Assembly (NCBI GenBank): GCA_964016885.1 | Contig: OZ024766.1 | Location: forward strand, 5,456,001 to 5,520,000 | Source: Eledone cirrhosa | Taxonomy: Eukaryota | DNA length: 64,000 bases | Direction: 5' to 3' | Part shown: positions 56,928-64,000 of the stretch, piece after piece | How the letters are laid out: every line of letters starts with the position of its first letter | Numbering within the stretch: position 1 is the first letter of the stretch | Position numbers and translations under genes: made by a program | Notes under the pieces: generated by a model | What the model saw: the letters and a program-made list of their open reading frames with translations, nothing else | Told to the model about the DNA's origin: nothing | Databases searched by the model: none

Positions 56928-59900
56928 CCCTTTGTTAAGTTATGTTCCAAACACCCCTGGTTCTATGACACTAAACTGTTTGTAAGAACCTTTGTTAAGT
57001 TATGTTCCAAACACCCCTGGTTCTATGACACAAAACTGTTTGTTTTAAAGTATTTATATTTATCTAAGAACCTTTGTTAAGTTATGTTCCAAACACCCCT
57101 GGTTCTATGACACAAAACTGTTTGTTTTAAAGTATTTATATTTATCTAAGAACCTTTGTTAAGTTATGTTCCAAACACCCCTGGTTCTATGACACAAAAC
57201 TGTTTGTTTTAAAGTATTTATATTTATCTAAGAACCTTTGTTAAGTTATGTTCCAAACACCCCTGGTTCTATGACACAAAACTGTTTGTTTTAAAGTATT
57301 TATATTTATCTAAGAACCTTTGTTAAGTTATGTTCCAAACACCCCTGGTACTATGACACAAAACTGTTTGTTTTAAAGTATTTATATTTATCTAAGAACC
57401 TTTGTTAAGTTATGTTCCAAACACTCCTGCTTCTATGACACAAAACTGTTTGTTTTAAAGTATTTATATTTATCTAAGAACCTTTGTTAAGTTATGTTCC
57501 AAACACCCCTGGTTCTATGACACAAAACTGTTTGTAAGAACCTTTGTTAAGTTATGTTCCAAACACCCCTGGTTCTATGACACAAAACTGTTTGTAAGAA
57601 CCTCTGTTAAGTTATGTTCCAAACACCCCTGGTTCTATGACACAAAACTGTTTGTAAGAACCTTTGTTAAGTTATGTTCCAAACACCCCTGGTTCTATGA
57701 TACAAAACTGTTTGTAAGAACTTTGTTAAGTTATGTTCCAAACACCCCTGGTTCTATGATACAAAACTGTTTGTAAGAACCTTTGTTAAGTTATGTTCCA
57801 AACACCCCTGGTTCTATGATACAAAACTGTTTGTAAGAACCTTTGTTAAGTTATGTTCCAAACACCCCTGGTTCTATGACACAAAACTGTTTGTAAGAAC
57901 CTTTGTTAAGTTATGTTCCAAACACCCCTGGTTCTATGACACAAAACTGTTTGTAAGAACCTTTGTTAAGTTATGTTCCAAACACCCCTGGTTCTATGAC
58001 ACAAAACTGTTTGTAAGAACCTTTGTTAAGTTATGTTCCAAACACCCCTGGTTCTATGACACAAAACTGTTTGTAAGAACTTTGTTAAGTTATGTTCCAA
58101 ACACCCCTGGTTCTATGACACAAAACTGTTTGTAAGAACCTTTGTTAAGTTATGTTCCAAACACTCCTGCTTCTATGACACAAAACTGTTTGTTTTAAAG
58201 TATTTATATTTATCTAAGAACCTTTGTTAAGTTATGTTCCAAACACCCCTGGTTCTATGATACAAAACTGTTTGTAAGAACTTTGTTAAGTTATGTTCCA
58301 AACACCCCTGGTTCTATGATACAAAATTGTTTGTAAGAACCTCTGTTAAGTTATGTTCCAAACACCCCTGGTTCTATGACACAAAACTGTTTGTAAGAAC
58401 CTTTGTTAAGTTATGTTCCAAACACCCCTGGTTCTATGATACCAAACTGTTTGTAAGAACTTTTGTTAAGTTATGTTCCAAACACTCCTGCTTCTATGAC
58501 ACAAAACTGTTTGTTTTAAAGTATTTATATTTATCTAAGAACCTTTGTTAAGTTATGTTCCAAACACCCCTGGTTCTATGACACAAAACTGTTTGTAAGA
58601 ACCTTTGTTAAGTTATGTTCCAAACACCCCTGGTTCTATGATACAAAACTGTTTGTAAGAACCTTTGTTAAGTTATGTTCCAAACACCCCTGGTTCTATG
58701 ATACAAAACTGTTTGTAAGAACCTTTGTTAAGTTATGTTCCAAACACCCCTGGTTCTATGATACAAAACTGTTTGTAAGAACCTTTGTTAAGTTATGTTC
58801 CAAACACCCCTGGTTCTATGATACAAAACTGTTTGTAAGAACCTTTGTTAAGTTATGTTCCAAACACCCCTGGTTCTATGATACAAAACTGTTTGTAAGA
58901 ACCTTTGTTAAGTTATGTTCCAAACACCCCTGGTTCTATGATACAAAACTGTTTGTAAGAACTTTGTTAAGTTATGTTCCAAACACCCCTGGTTCTATGA
59001 TACAAAACTGTTTGTAAGAACCTTTGTTAAGTTATGTTCCAAACACCCCTGGTTCTATGATACAAAACTGTTTGTAAGAACCTTTGTTAAGTTATGTTCC
59101 AAACACCCCTGGTTCTATGACACAAAACTGTTTGTAAGAACCTTTGTTAAGTTATGTTCCAAACACTCCTGCTTCTATGACACAAAACTGTTTGTTTTAA
59201 AGTATTTATATTTATCTAAGAACCTTTGTTAAGTTATGTTCCAAACACTCCTGCTTCTATGACACAAAACTGTTTGTTTTAAAGTATTTATATTTATCTA
59301 AGAACCTTTGTTAAGTTATGTTCCAAACACCCCTGGTTCTATGACACAAAACTGTTTGTAAGAACCTTTGTTAAGTTATGTTCCAAACACTCCTGCTTCT
59401 ATGACACAAAACTGTTTGTTTTAAAGTATTTATATTTATCTAAGAACCTTTGTTAAGTTATGTTCCAAACACCCCTGGTTCTATGATACAAAATTGTTTG
59501 TAAGAACTTTGTTAAGTTATGTTCCAAACACCCCTGGTTCTATGATACAAAACTGTTTGTAAGAACCTTTGTTAAGTTATGTTCCAAACACCCCTGGTTC
59601 TATGACACAAAACTGTTTGTAAGAACCTTTGTTAAGTTATGTTCCAAACACCCCTGGTTCTATGATACAAAATTGTTTGTAAGAACTTTGTTAAGTTATG
59701 CTCCAAACACCCCTGGTTCTATGACACAAAACTGTTTGTAAGAACCTTTGTTAAGTTATGTTCCAAACACCCCTGGTTCTATGATACAAAACTGTTTGTA
59801 AGAACTTTGTTAAGTTATGTTCCAAACACCCCTGGTTCTATGATACAAAACTGTTTGTAAGAACCTTTGTTAAGTTATGTTCCAAACACTCCTGCTTCTA

Positions 59901-60730
59901 TGACACAAAACTGTTTGTTTTAAAGTATTTATATTTATCTAAGAACCTTTGTTAAGTTATGTTCCAAACACCCCTGGTTCTATGACACAAAACTGTTTGT
60001 AAGAACCTCTGTTAAGTTATGTTCCAAACACCCCTGGTTCTATGATACAAAACTGTTTGTAAGAACTTTGTTAAGTTATGTTCCAAACACCCCTGCTTCT
60101 ATGATACAAAACTGTTTGTAAGAACCTTTGTAAAGTTATGTTCCAAACACCCCTGCTTCTATGATACAAAACTGTTTGTAAGAACCTTTGTTAAGTTATG
60201 TTCCAAACACTCCTGCTTCTATGACACAAAACTGTTTGTTTTAAAGTATTTATATTTATCTAAGAACCTTTGTTAAGTTATGTTCCAAACACCCCTGGTT
60301 CTATGACACAAAACTGTTTGTAAGAACCTTTGTTAAGTTATGTTCCAAACACCCCTGGTTCTATGATACAAAACTGTTTGTAAGAACTTTGTTAAGTTAT
60401 GTTCCAAACACCCCTGGTTCTATGATACAAAACTGTTTGTAAGAACCTCTGTTAAGTTATGTTCCAAACACCCCTGGTTCTATGATACAAAACTGTTTGT
60501 AAGAACTTTGTTAAGTTATGTTCCAAACACCCCTGGTTCTATGATACAAAACTGTTTGTAAGAACCTTTGTTAAGTTATGTTCCAAACACCCCTGGTTCT
60601 ATGACACAAAACTGTTTGTAAGAACCTTTGTTAAGTTATGTTCCAAACACCCCTGGTTCTATGACACAAAACTGTTTGTAAGAACCTTTGTTAAGTTATG
60701 TTCCAAACACTCCATCATAATTTTATGTAA
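56928..60730. repeat. 59/60-bp and 82-bp mixed satellite (~3.8 kb) in TGF-beta intron 2, same family as 43281-45056
   Basis: Unit aagaacctttgttaagttatgttccaaacacccctggttctatgacacaaaactgtttgt with or without tttaaagtatttatatttatct. Confidence 0.95.
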
Positions 60731-60744
60731 GACCTTTGGTTAAC

Positions 60745-61045
60745 GTTACTTTCATCCTTACGGGGATTGATAAAATAAAGTACCAGTAATACACTGGGTC
60801 GATTTAATCAACTTTCCCCTCTCCTGTGCCCCCAAAAGTAGAAACAATTATTATTATTATTATTATCGGACACCATGCTTTAACGCATGGAGTTACGGCC
60901 CTTGCCATTCTGAGTTCAAATCCCGTCGAGGTTAACTTTGCCTTTCACCTTTACAGGGGTCGATAAAATAAAGTACCAGTAATGCACTGGGGGTAATCGC
61001 TGGCCTTGTGCCCCCAAAAGTAGAAACAATTATTATTATTATTAT
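60745..61045 (+). mobile_element. SINE family 4 with Deu/Nin-like domain and (ATT)n tail; relatives at ~14195-14340, ~29350-29460 (-), ~30625-30785
   Basis: B box GAGTTCAAATCCCG then gcctttcatcctt.cggggtcgataaaataaagtaccag, resembling the Deu/Nin SINE domain as I recall it. Confidence 0.6.
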
Positions 61046-61046
61046 T

Positions 61047-61927
61047 ACAGCTGCATTTATCTTGCTTTATGTTCATACGAGTTATCACCAAGTCACAACC
61101 AGTGACCTCAAGAGACAACAATGTCCGCCATGTTCAAGAAAGAACATACATACTCACACATGCATCTTTAGGTGTTTAGACTTGTGATGTACTTATATTG
61201 ACAGAACCTTCCTTAGTATATGGGCAGTCCTCATTAGTACTATCTTTTGTATTTCTCCTATACGCGGGTTTCCTGGGATATGCGATAAGTAATCATTAGA
61301 TCCCTTATATTATTATTATTATTACAGCTGCATTTATCTTGCTTTATGTTCATACGAGTTATCACCAAGACACAACCAGTGACCTCAAGAGACAACAAGG
61401 TCTGCCATGTTCAAGAAAGAACATACATACTCACACATGCATCTTTAGGTGTTTAGACTTGTGATGTACTTATATTGACAGAACCTTCCTTAGTATATGG
61501 GCAGTCCTCATTAGTACTATCTTTTGTATTTCTCCTATACGCGGGTTTCCTGGGATTTGCGATAAGTAATCATTAGATCCCTTATATTATTATTATTATT
61601 ACAGCTGCATTTATCTTGCTTTATGTTCATACGAGTTATCACCAAGTCACAACCAGTGACCTCAAGAGACAACAATGTCCGCCATGTTCAAGAAAGAACA
61701 TACATACTCACACATGCATCTTTAGGTGTTTAGACTTGTGATGTACTTATATTGACAGAATCTTCCTTAGTATATGGGCAGTCCCCATTTGTACTATCTT
61801 TTGTATTTCTCCTATACGCGGGTTTCCTGGGATTTGCGATAAGTAATCATTAGACCCCTTAGGTATCATTCCCAGAGCGCCTACAACCACTGGTATTGTT
61901 TTAGTTCTCAATTTCCACATTTTTCCA

Positions 61928-61928
<1 letters not shown>
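61047..61928 (-). mobile_element. R4/Dong-like (restriction-like endonuclease) LINE 3' end, three tandem copies (277-bp period) separated by (TAA)n
   Basis: KMWKLRTKTIPVVVGALGMIPK...IQKIVQMGTAHILRKIL resembles the R4/Dong C-terminus; acagctgcatttatc at 61047, 61324, 61601. Confidence 0.7.
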
Positions 61929-61966
<38 letters not shown>

Positions 61967-62048
61967 GTCATTTTTGTTGCTGCTGTTGTTGTTGTTGTTG
62001 TCTTGTTCTGTTTCTTTTTCGTTTCTTTTTTTTTTTTTTTTTCCCCAG

Positions 62049-63337
62049 AGATGTTTATGACGAAGAAGAACCTGGTTATAAACGTGACAGACGTGGTAAA
62101 GAAAGCAACGGCACAGAGGTCAGCGAGGTTGACTTTCAAGGTGATCCATCGCCGCGGCAACTCGCGCTACCACTCGTGCCGGCTCAACACGGACGCCCTG
62201 CTCGTCATGTACAGTGACATGTTCATCGCGGACATCAAGAGGTCACAGGACCACAGGAAATCGCAGAGATCCAGAACACCACCAGCGCCGCCAGCAGCAC
62301 CACCAGCGACGCCAGCAGCAGCAGCAGCGACCCCAGCAGACAGTTTAGGGCAAGGTCCATCGATGAAGGGCCCCTCTTCTGCGCAGCGTTCTGCTAAAGG
62401 CCGCTCTCCTATGCAGAGTTCTGTTAGAGATTTGCCAGTGAGGGCACGCATAAGACCGAGGGTCCCAGTTGTAGCGTCGTCAGCAAAAAAGCAGAAGGTT
62501 GGGGTCAAGCGGAAGAAAGGGCGAAAAGGTTCCCCGAAAAATCCCTTGTCAGGGAACAAAGCAAAGTTGGAGAAAAAGCGAAGAAAGTCCTTAAAACATC
62601 CCTTGTCAGCAAACAGGGCAGGGTTGGAGAAGAAGCGAAGATGGCGAAGGTCCCTAAAAAATCTATCATCCTTGATAAAGGAGCAGCTTGAGGAGGAGCA
62701 GAGGTCATCCCTACAAAATCTTTTAGCAGTGAACGAAGAAGAGAAGGAGGAGGAAGATGAGGGGGAGGTGGAGAGACAAAAGCAAACGGGGCAGAGGTCC
62801 CCGTCCTTAGAAAACCCATCATCAGGGAACGAGAGAGAGTTAGAGTACAACCGATGGTCTTTTCTACAAAATCCTTTATTGGTGAATGGAGAGGAGGAGG
62901 AGAAGAAGGAGAAGGAAGCAAGGGGAGATAATCAAAGGGCGCGGAGGTCAGTAGGAAATTCAAATTCTTCGTCTTCGACGCCCGAGGAACTTTTTAATCG
63001 TAGTTTTAAGCAGCATAACGCGACAAGCTGCAGTTTGAAACCGTGGCAGGTGCGTTTCTCTGACATTCACCTCAACTGGATAAAATACCCGAGGGCGTAC
63101 AACGCCAGCTACTGTTCGGGACATTGCCTGGGCTTGATGGACTCAAGGGTGAGTAACCACGCTTTCCTGCGTAACAAATACCACCTGATTACAGCGTACG
63201 TTCACAAACATATCCCGTTCTCCTTCTGTGTTCCCTCTGTATTTTCTCCCCTTCCTATTATTTATGAGAACAGTGAAAGTGAGGTCCTTATTGGGACTTT
63301 ACATAACATGATAGCCCAGGTCTGCGCATGTTGGTAG
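62049..63337 (+). CDS. TGF-beta superfamily precursor, last exon: prodomain end (INVTDVVK...ALLVMYS), repeat array, RARR site (62936-62947), mature cystine-knot domain
   Basis: Long polyT + cccag acceptor; C-terminal C..PW.V.F.D...W..YP..YNA.YCSG.C..NHA...CVP...PL.I.Y...NMIA..CAC is the TGF-beta/BMP signature. Confidence 0.93.
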
Positions 63338-63689
63338 ATGTACTACTGACCGTCGCCGAGGCAGGCAGGAAATCTTTTAATATTTTTTTTTTTTTTTTAA
63401 ATATAAACAATAAAAACAGTATGTAAAGGGACGAGGGAGTTTTTTTAAAACAAAAAAAAAAAAAAAAAAAAAGTTGGTGGGTCTCTTTCATTACAAAACA
63501 AAAACGAAAAAAAAAAACTTAATGTTTTTAATAAAAACATAATATATAAAGGGACAGGGAGTTTTAAAAAAAAAAAAAAAAAAAAAAAAAGATGGTAGAG
63601 GGGGGTGGGGGTCATTTCCATTACAAAACAGAACAAAAACAAAACAATGTCTTCTTCATTTTCTTCGCCCACTTATTTCTGGGAGAGTC

Positions 63690-64000
63690 GTGGATGGGGT
63701 GGACATACATAGAGCCCTCAAACTTTCCTTCCAGCAGGTCCTGTCAGAAGCAACCATCTCCAACTGACCCGGGTGGATCCCCCAAGCGAGACCAGCCAAG
63801 CTCATGGATGTTATCCAACCATCTTACTCGGAGTCTATCTACCCCTGGGTCTCTCTTGTCGGTTGGTTTCGCCCGTAGAATCTGTCCCGTGAATCTTTCC
63901 TTTGACAGATTCTCGGGAGGGTCGTGTGGGGGGTCAGAGTCTTCAAACAGCCCTTCCAGTGGGTCCTGTCAGAAGCAACTGATCTGGCTGGAATGCCTTA
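63690..64000 (-). mobile_element. RTE (Expander/Rex3-like) LINE 3' fragment, partly duplicated
   Basis: Translates to RVRWLDNIHELGWSRLGIHPGQLEMVASDRTCWKESLRAL. Confidence 0.65.

Noticed and set aside
62167-62963. Antisense ORFs over the TGF-beta last exon
   Set aside because: Shadow frames of the real CDS with no recognisable domain

Overview
Eukaryotic, AT-rich, microsatellite-saturated genomic DNA. The repeat landscape ((TA)n/(CA)n/(GAT)n, CORE-type tRNA SINEs, RTE LINE fragments) suggests an octopod cephalopod, which is an inference. Two protein-coding genes lie head-to-head. (1) PPWD1 on the minus strand has 13 GT-AG coding exons (31218 down to 187) with consistent phases, encoding the WD40 region; the cyclophilin exons lie left of the window. 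(2) A three-coding-exon TGF-beta superfamily gene on the plus strand (45881-63337, ~932 aa) has a signal peptide, a large polyP/Q/H prodomain, a basic-to-acidic repeat array, an RARR furin site and a 6-Cys mature domain lacking the dimerisation cysteine. An intact tRNA-Pro(UGG) lies antisense in its first intron. The most striking unannotated signal is ten type I hammerhead-ribozyme motifs from six sequence families, in short non-coding modules next to (TA)n tracts and sometimes inside foldback inverted repeats (Penelope-like/retrozyme-like). Also present: satellites derived from LINE coding sequence, higher-order satellites built on a 23-bp monomer, and retroelement families each associated with its own microsatellite. 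Most ORFs in the supplied track are repeat artefacts. Coordinates were read by eye; repeat boundaries and copy numbers are approximate.
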